61,726 nt of DNA, filler included, from Basidiobolus ranarum (GCA_040143965.1; 24 parts of 24 records of this genome joined end to end with filler, not necessarily neighbours in it); one strand, 5' to 3'. Counted from the whole stretch's first letter, positions 36,224-49,797 are shown. Notes: generated by a model from the sequence alone, not told the origin. Numbers and translations are program-made.

Positions 36224-38588
36224 TGTGTTGTATTCTTACATAGATTCAGACTGTCTTCTTTAAACCTGTAATAAAGTTTTCCATATCCAATTAAAAAATC
36301 TTTGCACGGTTGCTGTTCTGCCAGTGATCTGCTAACGTGAACTGATGCCACAAGAATATATCAACAAGTCACTGTATCTGCCTGAGATCTGCCAATGTGA
36401 GTTGATGCCGTAAGAATATATTAACAATATTGACAAACAACTCTCATAGTTGCCAACACATATCAGGCAGGAGTATTTTCAAGATTCCACTTGAATATAT
36501 ACAAATCCAATCCTTCCAGTCTTTGCATTTGAATAAATGCCAGGATGAGTGGATATTGATCGGAGTTCTGGTAAAATATGATGGCATATTGACATTTTCA
36601 AGCATTTTGCCAATTGATCCATACTTCGATCCTATCTTGAATGGTTCATTTGTACTGAATTTTTCACTAAATAGCTGAGTAATTAGTATTGGAATGTTGT
36701 TGAACAGTAAGTGCATAGTGCCCTCCAACAGAAATATGAGGATTGTTGTTGTAGGAAAACCATCACAATTTGAATCCATTTGGGATTGACTATTTACTTA
36801 CTGTCATTTAATTGTCAAGTTAGATTTGATTTTAATCAATTTTTTCAGTTTCAGGTGTGAAATCTCAAGATCTTGCAAAATAGTTACAAATGATTGGCTA
36901 CAATATCAGCAAACTATGGATCAACACATGTTCAAAAAACTTAACTTATGTTTTACACATCAACCATTGAACACTAATTTGTCACCTTTGAAATCTCTAG
37001 TTTCTTTCATATATTCTTTTGAATATTTTTATAAAGTTCTTTATACCCAAGGTTTAGCTCATACCCAACCCAAGTTTGCATCAATATATCCTTCAAAGCA
37101 CACCATTGTATCAACACTGCTGAATCCACAATCTTCCAGCTATCTGGCAGAAACCCTGTGATATTGTGCCACTCTGTATTAAATTCTTCCCAGATATCTG
37201 CATGGTAAGCACCAGACTGAATGTCAAGTTGAATGTTCTTCTTCTGAAACCACTTTCTGCATCTTTGCACTGCACTTTTTCCCTCATACTTTTGAAAATA
37301 CTCCCCAAGTACTTTTACTATTCTCATACATCCTGGTAGGGTGACACTACTGAGGGTGTTTTGTAGTGTTTGTGTGGCTTTTTGCTTGCCTTTAACTTTG
37401 TGGCTAATTTCAACACTTTGGAAAGTACCATTGAGGTTGGAGAGCCTTGATTTTTATTTGCTGGTGTCTTGGCAGGTTGAGAGGTGCCAGGGGTTGGATA
37501 AACTTCCAAATTTAGCCCTCCTCCAACTGGTGTACCCAGTTCCATGGTGAAATTAAGCTTTTTTGCCAATATATCTGACTCTGTATATGCAGATCTTTGT
37601 AAAGGTGTGAAGAATTTTGTAAGTGGGACAGTGGAGTGTAAACTCACTGCCTCCTTTGCTTCTCCCTTGGGTTTACTAACTTTCTGCTCCTTGTGTACTT
37701 CTTTACCTGCTTTTCTATATTTTCCAAGTTGAAAATGGCATACATATTTGAGTTGTTTCATTTAAAAGGCCTATACTAGCCCAATTGCCATTTGCTTGCA
37801 AAAACCTACAAGACGCAACATGAAATAAGTCAAGAACCTTCAGAGTAACGCCTGGTTTTTGGTTTTTCCACAATTGGCTCAAATCCAGGTGATTTTGGGC
37901 AAGATTTGGCACAGTCTCCCAAATTTTAAACCACTCATCATCAGAGCAAGTGATGGCAGCTCTGGAATTTGGAGTCTTTTGGTTTGCCGGTTTTCTTATG
38001 AGATTTCTAATTTCATGTGCCCCAGCAATTTTTGGTTGTTGTGTAGTCTTAATGGTCCAACTCCTATTCAGCTCTGCTAGATTGTCTTGGTGGCATTTGT
38101 ATGTATGGTGTGGGATTGTTTGAAGTCCCATATGAGAATGGACAGAGGGAGCAGCATGTTGCTGCAACTCAAGTACGGCATTTGGAAGTTATTGTATCAT
38201 TGTAGAGTGACTCTCTAACTGTTGACTAGTTGCGCTCAAATGGCACAGTATTTGCAATATTGCGGTGTTATTACTTGTCATGGCCTGTATAGCCACTTTG
38301 TAGATTTTACTTATGATTGCATAAAAATCTTTATGGTATTCTGCCTGATATTCCCTTGTTGTAATAATTTCATCCAAATTTTCAATGGAGGGTTGCTTAA
38401 TAGTGGGAAAGTAGCCGTTTTTGAAGTTGATGGTCTTGACAGTGTTTTCGTTGAACTTTGCTCAACTCTTTATTTACTATGTAATTGGGGGATTACAATC
38501 TCTTCAATTGCACTATTGCTGGAAGAAACACATCTAGTAAATTGATTGATGGTGCATCATCACTTGAGTTAGTTTCTGGCATATTAAT
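36224..38588 (-). mobile_element. CACTA-like ORF2 plus end A (36725-38588) nested in a Tnp2 transposase relic (36224-36724)
   Basis: GTMHLL..PSYFTRTP.NI....FKCKDWKDW..YS..L..LLP..GYGKLYY transposase motifs; ORF2 homologous to 57900-59157. Confidence 0.8.
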
Positions 38589-38688
38589 NNNNNNNNNNNN
38601 NNNNNNNNNNNNNNNNNNNNNNNNNNNNNNNNTTAATTAATTAANNNNNNNNNNNNNNNNNNNNNNNNNNNNNNNNNNNNNNNNNNNN

Positions 38689-39030
38689 GTTGGCATCAAC
38701 ATTTCTCCACTGGGCTAAGCTTTCTGAATGGAGTTCCAACAATTTGCATTGGGTCATCTGCTTGAGCTGTATTTTGTGTTTGATTGAAGGGAGATCTGAA
38801 AGTAGATGAGGAAGGAGAGCAGAAAGGAGCCATATTTCTTTGTTGTTGTCTTTCAAACAACTGGTTGTCACATTTAACTGCCTGATGGATAGCATCAATC
38901 AAGATCACTGGGTCAAGTTCCTTCCGTGGAAATATTGAGGAAATAATGAAAGTAACAGAGGCAAATCAGTATATACTGCTTCAAACCTACCCAACTGCTG
39001 AATACTCTTGTAAATACTTACATTATCCTC
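38689..39030 (-). mobile_element. Ty3/gypsy gag C-terminal relic
   Basis: AIHQAVKCDNQLFER...DDPMQIVG..KLSPVEK resembles the gypsy gag region before the zinc knuckle. Confidence 0.55.
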
Positions 39031-39039
39031 TCTTTACTG

Positions 39040-40553
39040 TTTAGCACATCATGCAAAATCAATATGCATTACAGTTAAATATAGCATAAATTGCTTTAGT
39101 TAGATCACAATTGCTTATGTGTTTGTGAAGCACTGATAGCATGATATTGTCATATATCAAAAAAATCAATGATAGCCTATCAATACAAGCAATTTCACTA
39201 CAATTAAATGAAAAATGTCTGTCACTAAAAAGCTTGTGCAGCCATATTGGCTTGATATGGCTCAATCCAGAGCTTGAAAACAGCTGTCTGTGATGTTTCC
39301 ATATATGTAACCTTCATACAGATCCAATTTAGTGTTCTTTCCAATTTCCAAGCCTGTAACAAGCTGATTTTGGATTATTTGGGTCAGTTTTTGTTCTGCA
39401 ATATGGCCTATCTTCTATGCTACAATTGACAGCTTACTTCACCAATGTTTGCCAAGTTTGCATCCTCAGAATGCAAGTTGTTGATTTCTTGCTTGTATAA
39501 CTTTTGAGTTTTGATCCCAGCAGCTAATTTGGTATTTTCTGAACACAGAAGTTAGTACTTGAGCTGCTGCTTGGCTGACTGAGATTAGATACTTGGCTGT
39601 ATCTGATATATAGAATTCATCATGCAATTTTGCATATGGTATAGCTGAATTTTGGTCTAATTTAAGCACAACTATGCCATGACCAAATGCATTTAGTGCA
39701 TTGTCATCATGTAAGTGAACTTTCCTTTTTGGGACAGGTATTAAGCTGGAAAACCAATCTTTCTTTTTGACATATGCTGGGTAGCTCCTGAATCAATGTA
39801 CCGCATTCTTGAGTCTTCTTTAGTGGTTACTGATAGGGCACACAAAAATGTATGATGCCCATTAGTGCTTACTTGATTTGCTTGTTCCAATTTTAGCTTT
39901 TTGGTGAAAATCCTTTTTCTGCAATCTTTGGTTAAATGGCTTGGTTTCTTGCACTACTTGCAGAGGATTGATTTCCTATCAGGGGCACCATTATTCAAGC
40001 CTGTTGGATGTTTTACAGCTCCAAAAAATGCCTGTTCCGCATTATTTTACTGAGAATTATATCTTCTTAATTCCTCATTTGAAAGCCCAGCGCCAAAATA
40101 TTTGATTGTTAATGGCACAGCTCTTGATTCTAGGGCAATTATGAGGTTCCTGAACTTGTTGGGCAGGCTCCTAAGAAGTGTCATGACTAAGTCATCTTCA
40201 TTTAGAGGTGCTACAATGGATGAGAGCTGATCTGACATAGTTTTTATCCAATAGATATGATTAAGTAATGAATCATCAAAATTAATCTGAATTGAGAATA
40301 ATTTTTGCCTAAGATATAACCTATTAGCAAGACTTTTGGTAATGTATAGTCCCTCAAGTGTTGCCCCAGCATTTTGGACATTTTTGGCTGATTGTATGTG
40401 CCTTAATTGAGAGTGTGCAAGATGCAGACAAAGTGTAGAGAGATCTTTCCTCTGCTTCTTGTGAAAGGCAAGGATAGCTTCTAGTGGTCCCTTTGGCTCT
40501 ATTTTTTCTCCCGTAAGAAAATCCCCAAAGGTCCTTGTGTTGTCCACCAACAT
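39040..40553 (-). mobile_element. Copia gag-protease-integrase relic
   Basis: LANRLYLRQKL, EDDLVMTLL.SLP, CKKPSH..KDC knuckle and YIDSGATQH; homologous to 45333-46305. Confidence 0.85.
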
Positions 40554-40554
40554 A

Positions 40555-41161
40555 CAGAGTTGCTTAACTTATGCCTTATATTTGCAAATTGCATGAATAT
40601 CTGTTAAGCTTATCTTTATTGCCAACTAGGCACCAGGCCTTATTCAGTGACTTTATCATGTGACCTATCACCTGACTAAGTATCTATTCTCTCATCCCTT
40701 CTATTGGATCATACAACCAATCACATGATCATCAATCAACCAGTATTAACCTCTGAGTCATTTGCCTTGACACAAGTCAATATAAGTCACAAGATTCATA
40801 ACCAATGATCTTTCACTGCCAAGACTTCAGCTGATGCATGACTCACTTATCTATCTATCTATCTATCCAATCACATCATCTTTTATCAGAATTAGTCATC
40901 TTATATCTTGGTGCCAACTAATTCACTTTGCTATCATATGTATAAAAAAAGTTAACTGAACCTTTTGGTCTAGTGTGTGTTTGAACAAACATAGGATCTA
41001 AACACTTCTCAGTGTTTCTCCACAAATTCAATTTTCCTCTCTCATTTCTATCCAAGCCTAGAATCCACTAGCACCTACAGAACACCAAGCTTAGCTGCCT
41101 AGCAAACCTATTCTCTACCATAACATATCTACCCATAGCTATTCCCAAGACTTATATTAGT
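40555..41161. repeat. Interspersed repeat, probably an LTR of another family
   Basis: About 40680-40825 matches about 51302-51447; non-coding and CpG-poor. Confidence 0.55.
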
Positions 41162-41261
41162 NNNNNNNNNNNNNNNNNNNNNNNNNNNNNNNNNNNNNNN
41201 NNNNNTTAATTAATTAANNNNNNNNNNNNNNNNNNNNNNNNNNNNNNNNNNNNNNNNNNNN

Positions 41262-41449
41262 CTCTGAGATTTTAGCCAATCATTTGCAACTATTTTGCAA
41301 GATCTTGAAATTTCACTCCTGAAACTGAAAAAATTGATTAAAATCAAATCTAACTTGACGTTTTTATGACGGTAAGTAAACGGTCAACCCCAAATGGATT
41401 AAAATTGTGATGGTTTTCCAACGATAACAATCCTCAAATTTCTGTTAGC
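41262..41449 (+). mobile_element. CACTA-like end A (copy retaining CpGs)
   Basis: Matches about 8290-8475 and 49610-49797; ends TCTGTTAGC. Confidence 0.75.
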
Positions 41450-41545
41450 GGAATATAGGGGCTATAGATACGTTGCTTTCTGTTTCTGATATATGTATCA
41501 TAACTAAAGTTAACTATGATGTTTAATAAAGATTAATTATCCAAC

Positions 41546-41670
41546 AGTTTTCTGTATTTCCACCAAAATGTTTAAATGCTTCATTTCTGGACACTAAACT
41601 ATTATCTCACAAAGCTATTTAAAACTCCACTTTTCTAAAGTTTCTCCAAACAGCCCATATTTTCCCAATA
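41546..41670 (+). mobile_element. LTR type 3 3' fragment
   Basis: Matches about 9987-10111 and ends CCCAATA. Confidence 0.7.
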
Positions 41671-41839
41671 CTTTTGCTGTCTAATTGGAGTATGTGGGCT
41701 TGTTTCTACAGCAGGCTTCTTGGCAGTAATAGTGCAGCTTCTTGACTAGATAGGCTCAGGAGCTATATCCTTTTGTAGCTCATTTTAGGATTGGGTCTTA
41801 ACCTCAATCAGAGCCTTTGTTTTTGCTTGCTTATACCCC

Positions 41840-42001
41840 CGTAACAAAAACAAAATTGATTTTATCTTGGTCAGATCCCTCTCTGGTAGCAATCAATGGA
41901 GAAAACCTTCTCAAAATTGTCAGCTGGTACTTTGCTAGATTTAATGATAGTCTACATGTGGTGCAACAGTAACTAAATATTGGGCATGCAAATTTTTGTT
42001 A
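41840..42001 (-). mobile_element. Divergent CACTA-like end B, interrupted by a Harbinger insertion
   Basis: Starts CGTAACAAAAAC; about the first 120 bp resemble the reverse complement of 13600-13721. Confidence 0.55.
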
Positions 42002-43733
42002 GACTTGTTCCATTTGATTGAGCTTGATCAGGCTAACTAATGAGTGTGCCAGCACAATTTGGCCAGTTTGGGCACTAGCTGGCATGTTTTAACATTGAGA
42101 AGTTGCTGGTTTACTGATGTGATATATTTAAAAAAAAGTGCTTTTAGGCATTAGGACACATTCAAAAAATGATGAAAGATTTTTTCAAAGTGTCCTAAGT
42201 CAAGAGCTCTCAATGGTTACCTTTGGATATGAATATATTGAGAATTGATCAATATTTTGGCTACTTTGCCTAACTTTGATTGAAGTGGACAAAAAGATTT
42301 TCCTTCATACTTTCCTGCTATAATGCTGTATCTCTTTAGGAAGCCAAAGATATGTTCTTGTTCTTACTCTAAAATGGGAAAGAACATTATTGTAAAGCTT
42401 TTACCTTTCTGTAAGTATCTCTCTTCTGGGCCTCTTGCTAGCTGTAATATATCCTTGCCTTATGCATACTAACCTGATATTTGACAAATTAGCCATAGTC
42501 TTGTCATATCTTACAACTGGTGCATGCGACTGTACCCAAGCCTTTTGATATATTGTCTCCTTGAATGTGACTGAATTTACTAAAATGAAGCTTCCATCCT
42601 AATCTGGCAAAGCCTGGAACTCTACACAGTGAGCTTTGTACTTGCAGAGTGGAATAGTTTTTGGTTGCTTTTGGGTCTGTTGATAGTCACTGGAAATATG
42701 TAAAGGATACTTCTGATATGAACTCTGTTAGGAAATATTACCCCAAACAGTGGCAAATTATGGTCTCTGAAGCTATTATCCCAGGCACCCATAACATTGT
42801 CCATCAGTGAAGCTACATTATTTTTGCTTACATGGAGCCTGGTATGGATGCTTCTCCCACTTCTACCACCATGGATAGGGCATTGAAATCTCATTAGACA
42901 ATAGCTTTTGTAGTCACAAAGTAAATTGACAAATTAATTTCTGGTGGGTATATGTGCCACAGTATTTCTTAAATATAGTGTCTAAGGTGATGATAGGAAA
43001 GCAAGCAGCTACTTTTGGATTAATGAGGAATGACCATTTGGAAGAGATGGAGAGCATGCTACTGATTTTGAATTGAATTGGTATGATATGATTTGATCCA
43101 GTTTACACTTAGTATATATCTAAGATTTTAATTATCAAAGTGAAATTTCCTATATTCTCTAAAATAATATTCTTGTGTGAGTTAATTATTCTAATTATTT
43201 CAATTAAATGTAATAGTGAGAAAATTATATTTAAAAATTGTATCAACAACATTAATCATAGTTCAATCCAAATCAATTTATTAGAAATATATATCAAAAA
43301 GGCTCAATGTTGAATGCATTATGCTTGATCACACTATAGGAAATTAACTTTCACCTCTTAATCAATAATATAAAAAGATCTCTAATTCTGCATGAAACCA
43401 ATAAAGTCTAACATCATAGATATATATGGTAGTTATGTATCAAGTCACAACAGATTCTTCCTGATTCACAACTACTTTTAGGAAACCACAACTTTCAAAA
43501 TTTTGCATGCGCAGCCAAATGAAGGTGTTGGTAGTGCAAAGCAGCACATGCCCAATGATTTTACAGATGCCCAGGTATCCACTATGAATTCTTGCTTTGA
43601 CATATGGGACTTGACAGAAGCTGGGGAAGGGGCCATGGGACAAAAGTGGAAGCAACTTTTGACTCAGCTTTGGAGAGAATATTATATCTTCATGCCTTCA
43701 GAAGTCTGCAAGAAAATATATAATAAAACCCAT
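42002..43733. mobile_element. PIF/Harbinger element: terminus at 42002, DDE_Tnp_4 transposase relic (-, about 42200-43060) and divergent Myb/SANT-like ORF (+, from about 43500)
   Basis: TTA|GACTTGTTCCATTT terminus; INRPKSNQKLF.S..K.HC..FQAL and YNNVLSHFRVR..EHIFGFLKRY motifs; FTDAQ..KWKQL..CKKIYN trihelix-like ORF. Confidence 0.8.
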
Positions 43734-43833
43734 NNNNNNNNNNNNNNNNNNNNNNNNNNNNNNNNNNNNNNNNNNNNTTAATTAATTAANNNNNNNNNNN
43801 NNNNNNNNNNNNNNNNNNNNNNNNNNNNNNNNN

Positions 43834-43936
43834 CAAAATGGTAAATAACATCATGCTGGATAGTGCCCAATCATGCCAATTTGTGCTGGCACACTTTTTA
43901 GCTGGCCTGATCTGGCTCAATAAAATGGAACAAGTC
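43834..43936 (+). mobile_element. Harbinger terminus, followed by TGA
   Basis: Reverse-complement homolog of 42002-42100; homology ends exactly at AAATGGAACAAGTC|TGA. Confidence 0.7.
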
Positions 43937-43939
43937 TGA

Positions 43940-44600
43940 AACTTACCATAAGGAATCAAAGTTATCTATACTAAATAAGAACAAAACTTACCTGATTCAA
44001 TGCCAGCCAATTGTCTAAAAACAGTATATGACTTCACATTTTTCAGATTACTGGTGAAGGCTTAAGAACCAATTGGACATGAGGGTAGCTTACTAAAGGA
44101 TTATAAGTCACACAATTGACAAGTGTTTTGCACATGTACCAGGTCTGTGGCAAGCAACAGTTGCCAATCAACTATGGTATCAGTGTAAGAAAACCCATAA
44201 ACACCTGATTGCTAAGTTGAGATAGAACTCTCCACTCCTCAATAATCAAAGCTGCTTTCTTTACTGTAACTGTTATGAGTGGACTAACACTTCCCAATAA
44301 TAAAGAGTTCATAACAAGACTATGATCTCCTTGTTAATCTTCATCTGATATACCAACAGCAGTACTGGAATAACCAAGGTCAACATCTAGCCACATGTTT
44401 GAAAGTCTTCTGGACTCCCTGGTTTGGCCTAACTTGCACTTCTACCTACATTGTTCTGGTCATAGAACTGTGGTAACTCCATGGTATCTTAACTTTCAAC
44501 TATGATCAAAACTTTGAGGCAAAGCATAGCCAATGGCCTCAGAGGGCAAATCCAAAGTTGATTTTGTGTGCTTATTTTGATTGATACTCAGCATGCCTGA
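43940..44600 (-). pseudogene. Tnp2-like transposase N-terminal relic
   Basis: Homologous to about 56815-57420. Confidence 0.7.
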
Positions 44601-44982
44601 ATGTTAAACACAAATTATTAATTTAATGGTGAAGAGCTTAAACTGCCAAGAAGATATGGAAAGCCTTGGTAGACACCTACCCATCATGTTCTGCTTCTAA
44701 CAAGATGTTTCTAAGAGACATAAAATCACCAATTAATGGAGTTAGTATTTTAGTGGATAACTCAGAATGCATTGGAGTACCAACTATTGATCAGGATATA
44801 ATAGTTACTGTCCAGGATAGCCTTCCACACAGTTTCAGCGCCTATTAATGGTTCTAGAATCAAGTACAAGAAATCCACCCTATGTTATGTTTTAGTGGAC
44901 TTCTAGATGAAGATTGACACAATTTTAGATCCATCCAAAAAGAGAACAAAATACTTCAATAGGCCATGAGAAATCATTCTAT

Positions 44983-46305
44983 TGTTAATATTAGGTAAAT
45001 AGCAACTCATTATTTAGCAGTTAGTTTATATGTATTCTTAGTATATAGCACTCAAGTCTGTCATTGAAATGTGTGTTCATTGCTCTAATTGATTTTTTGA
45101 TCAATTAGATCACTGTTTCCAGTTTTCACTATTTTATGAAAACTTCTCCAAATCACCTGAAATTTTCACCTATGCTCAACAGGCATGGTTGTTATGATCA
45201 AAGCATATCCAATAGTCCTATTTCATAGTAAAAGTAAAATAGGACATATTCAACTCTGTGAAACATAAGTTTCTAGTTCACAAATCTAAATCTTGTGCAG
45301 AACACTTCCATATCCACTATAGACTTTTGTCAGGTCATGAACCCCAAGCTAGTCATTACAGGAAAGTCTACCAGTACTATTGTCAATGTTTTTGTATCCA
45401 CAGAGAAGTTTGATGGTGAAGACTTTTTCCTTTGGATGTTCAAGAAGCATATGGTGCTAGATGACAAGGACCTTTAGGGATTTGTTAAAGGAGAAGAAAT
45501 ATAGCCAAAGGGACCACCACAAGCTATGCTTCCTTTGACAAGAAGCAAAAGAAAGAATTCTCTACACTTTGTCTGCATCTCAGTGACCCTCAGTTGAGGC
45601 ACATTCACTCAGCTAAAATCATCCAAACTTGTTGGGATACACTTGAGGGACTTCATGACACTAAAAGTTAGGCTAATAGGCAATATCTTAGATGAATATT
45701 ATTCTCAATTTGGATGAATTTTCATGATTCTATGGCTAATCATATAAATGGGATAAAAACTATGGTAGAACAGCTCTCATCCATTGGAGCACCTCTAAAT
45801 GAAGATGATTTAGTCATGACACTAGTTGAGAGCCTGCTGGATAAGTTTGGGAATCTCATCAATGCCCTAGAAACACAATCAGAGCCATTAACAATGGAAC
45901 ATGTGGGTGCTAGGCTTTTGAATGAGGAACTATGGAGATCTGATTCTCAGCAGAGTAATGCAGAGCACATATTCTTTGGAGCTGCAAAAAATTTAACATG
46001 CTTCAATATTGGTGCCCCCAATTGGAAATCAATCATCTGCCAGTATTGCAAGGAATCTGGCCATTTAATCCAAGAGTGCAGAAATAGGATTTTTGCTAAA
46101 AGCCAACATCTGAACTGGCAAATCTAGTAAGCACTGATAGGGATCATCTATACTTCCCTGTCCTATCAGTAACTACCAACAAAGACTTAGGAGCACGGTG
46201 CATTGATTCAAGAGCTTCCCAGTAAATTTCAAACAAGAAAGATTGGTTTTCCAGATAATAACCCATCTAATCAAGGAAAGTCTACTTAAGTGATGACTAT
46301 GCACT
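44983..46305 (+). mobile_element. Ty1/copia 5' LTR (type 1, 44983-45332), PBS (45333-45345) and gag-protease relic
   Basis: TG...CA LTR; GGTCATGAACCCC PBS; EKFDGEDF.LW; CQYCKESGHLIQEC knuckle; CIDSRAS. Confidence 0.88.
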
Positions 46306-46405
46306 NNNNNNNNNNNNNNNNNNNNNNNNNNNNNNNNNNNNNNNNNNNNTTAATTAATTAANNNNNNNNNNNNNNNNNNNNNNNNNNNNNNNNNNNNNNN
46401 NNNNN

Positions 46406-48680
46406 AGTCAACTACCTTGAGGTTTGTGCTTGGCAGTTCTTGCCTCTTCAGCCATAGTAAAAGCTTCATCTCTTTTAACTGGCTGCCATGACCTCTGTTG
46501 CGTGATGGAATCTGGCAGAGCATATTGTCTACCTTGAGGTTTGTGTTCAAATTTTGTGGCTTCTTCAAGTGCAGTAAGAGCATCACTATCTCTCACATAA
46601 ACCTGTTGTCTTCATCTCTTAGGGGTATGCATTGCAACAAATCACTGTTATAGTAGATTGCTCTCAGGTGTCTGATCTTCATCAAACAAAGTGGAAGGTT
46701 CAATAATTCTTGCGGTTGGCCATTGTTGCTGTTGCATGGTAGTACATAAGAAACCAGTATGTCTTTCTGGTGGCATGCTCCTTGGAGCTGACACTTCTCC
46801 AGATGTAAAAAGCTCACTGGTTGGTTTGGTTGAATCAGGTAGATTACATGCTATGAAGTATGAGAATGCAGGGCATACACTTTCTGGTTCATCATCAGCT
46901 GCTTGCTGTTCATTAAAAATGGGAGAAACATCACAGACTCTTCCAAGCTGTTGTTGCTGTTGATGTGTACAACTAGCTGATGAACCAACTCATTAGGCTC
47001 TTGCCCCTGTCTGAGACATTACCTCAATTCTAGTAGTGAGTTGTGTAGATTCTTCTTGTGAAATAGATACTTGGTCAGGAGTCTCTTTGATTTGGAGTGA
47101 TCTAGTATGACTGTGCAATGGTCTAAACTGCTCCAATGTGCCTTTGGGAATATCTTTGGATTCAATACATTGTCTTGCTTTTCTCTTTTACCTCTGTTGA
47201 TTACTATTTCCATAATGTTCCAAAATGAGTTTTGAACTCTGCAACCTCCATCAACAGTTGCTGCAAAGTCTCATTGAGTAGTGGTAAACATCTATTTGGA
47301 ACATCTTTTGTTTGTAAAGTTGATGCTGCAACAGTTGCTTTCAGTCCATACAAGGAAAGATGTTATTGTGATTGTGTCTTTGCAGACTCAAAATCAAAAT
47401 TCTTATTTCTCAACTCATGCTTTCTATCCACATGAGTCTTATTGTATTTTTTCTTGCAGACTTCTGAAGGCAAGAAGATATAGTATTCCCTCCAAAACAG
47501 AGTGGACAGTTCCTTCCACTTTTGTGTAATGGCCCCTTCCCAGCTTCTGTCAAGTTCATCAATCACTCCCATAAGTCCAAGCAAGAATTCATAGTGGATA
47601 CCTGGGCATCTGTAAAATCATTAGGCATGCACTGCTTTGTGCCACCCACACCTCAATTCAACTGTGCATGCAAAATTTTGGAAGTGGTGGTTTCCTGTAC
47701 CAAAGTAGGTTGTGAATCAGGAAGAATCTGTTTTGACGTGATTCATAACTACCATATATATTTATGATGTTAGACTTTATTAGTTTCAGTCAGAATTAGG
47801 GATTTTTTTATATTATTGGTTAAAAGTTGAAGTTAATTTTTTATATTGTGATCAAGCATACAGCATTCTGCTTTGAGCCATTTTGATATGAGCACTAAAT
47901 AAATTGATTTGGATCAAACTATTAACTTTGCTGATGCTGTTTTTTGTCTAATTTCCATGCAATTACACATAATTGAAATAATTAGGATAATAAATGCAAA
48001 CAGAAATCTTATTATACACAACATAGGGAATCTCACTATGAAAATCTAAATTCCTAGATAAGTATCTCACACCAGCTGGATTGATCAGTATTGTGCCAGC
48101 TCAACACAAGATTGGTATCTTGCTTTCCATCTACTCTGAATGGTCATTTCTCATTAATCCAAAAGCAACTATAGGCTTTCCTGTCACCACCCTATAAGTT
48201 ATATTTGAGAAATACTGTGACTCATATACTACAATACTTACTGGAAAGCAACTAGTCAATTTGTTTTGTTACTACAAAAACTATTGTCCTATCAGATTTC
48301 AGTGCACTATTAATGGTAGCAAAAGTGGGAGAAGCTTCCATACCAGGTTTCATGCAAGTGAGAATTATCTTGCTTCAGCAATGAATGATGTTGAAGATGC
48401 CTGGGAGAAATATTTTGAGACTCTAATTTCCTTCTATTTCCCGGAGTATTTCCCAATAGAGTTCATTTCAGAAGTATTCTTGAAACATTTCCTGCAAGAA
48501 TTAACAGGCCTAAAAGCAACCAAAATCTATTCTATTTTGGCAAAAACAAAGCCCACTGTGTAAAGTTCCAGGCTTTGCCAGATTTGGAAGGAAACATCAT
48601 TTGGTTTAGTGGGCCACATCCAGGGAGACATCATGACAAAGGCTCTGGGTTGAGAGGCATGCACCACTTGTAAGATATGT
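46406..48680. mobile_element. PIF/Harbinger internal region: Myb/SANT-like ORF (-, to about 47670) and DDE_Tnp_4 relic (+, about 48110-48680)
   Basis: Homologous to 42500-43733. FPARINRPKSNQNLFY.GKNKAHCVKFQAL..GPHPGRHHD motif. The ORF2 C-terminal part has repeated HKPQG units. Confidence 0.8.
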
Positions 48681-48976
48681 CACTAATCATTACTAATCTC
48701 TGTGGTGAATATTCCTGGCAGAAAACCAACAAACAATAATCCTGTCTCAAACTTCACTACAAGTACTGAAACCAAGGAGAACAAACTACTATATGATATT
48801 CTGGAATCAAGCAGTTATACAAGTGGTGAAACATTAGACAGCTCTGGAAATGCACCAATTTACACCAGAAAACCTANNNNNNNNNNNNNNNNNNNNNNNN
48901 NNNNNNNNNNNNNNNNNNNNTTAATTAATTAANNNNNNNNNNNNNNNNNNNNNNNNNNNNNNNNNNNNNNNNNNNN

Positions 48977-49797
48977 CTGTATTTCCAGAGTCAGATATCA
49001 TGGCAAAAAATCTAAATATCACCATTGAACAAGGTATCCCAGGTGGAACCCTGCTAGATATGGAAGTTTATCCAACATTTGGCACCTCTCTACAAGCCAA
49101 AGCACCAGCATATAAAAGTCACAGCTCTCCAACATCAACTAGTATCTTTCAAAGTGCTGAAATTAGCCCCAAACTTAGAGGCAAGCAAAAAGCCACACAA
49201 GTACCCCAAAGCACCCTCAGTAGTGTTGCACTATAAGGATGTATAAAAATAGTAAAACTGCTTGAGAAGTGGCTTCAGAGGAAGAAGATTCAAATTGATG
49301 TTTATTCTGGTGTTGACTGTGCAGATATCTGGGAAGAATTTAATACAGAGTGGCACAATACTGCATGGTATCTGCCAGATAGCTGGAAGAATGTCAATAT
49401 AGCAACATTAATATAATGGTGGGCTTGGATGGAGATATTGAAACAAACTCATGTTGGGTACAAGTCAAATCTTGGGTATGAAGCACTCTATAAAGATATT
49501 CAGGAGACTATATCAAAGAAACTAGGGATTTCAAAGGTGACAAATGAGGGTTCAAGTGGTAAATGTGTAAAATTTGAGTTATATTTTTCACCCATGTGTT
49601 GAGCCATAGTTCTCTGGGATGGTAGCCAATCATGTGCACTTTTTTGTAAGCTCTTGAAAGTTTACTTCTGAAACTAAAAAATTGATTAAAATCAATTCTA
49701 ACTTGATGATTGTATGATGGTGATTAAATGGTCAATCCAAAATGAATTAAAATTGTGACAGTTTTCCTAGAGTAACAATGCTCAAATATCTGTTAGG
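48977..49797 (+). mobile_element. CACTA-like ORF2 3' part plus end A
   Basis: Homologous to about 1420-2031 and 8153-8475; ends TCTGTTAGG. Confidence 0.75.

Noticed and set aside
41840-43733. Idea that the Harbinger module and the CACTA-like element share one terminus, or that 41840-42002 is a MITE
   Set aside because: A separate Harbinger terminus with a TTA target lies at 42002 and is confirmed by the copy ending at 43936. Nested insertion explains the arrangement.
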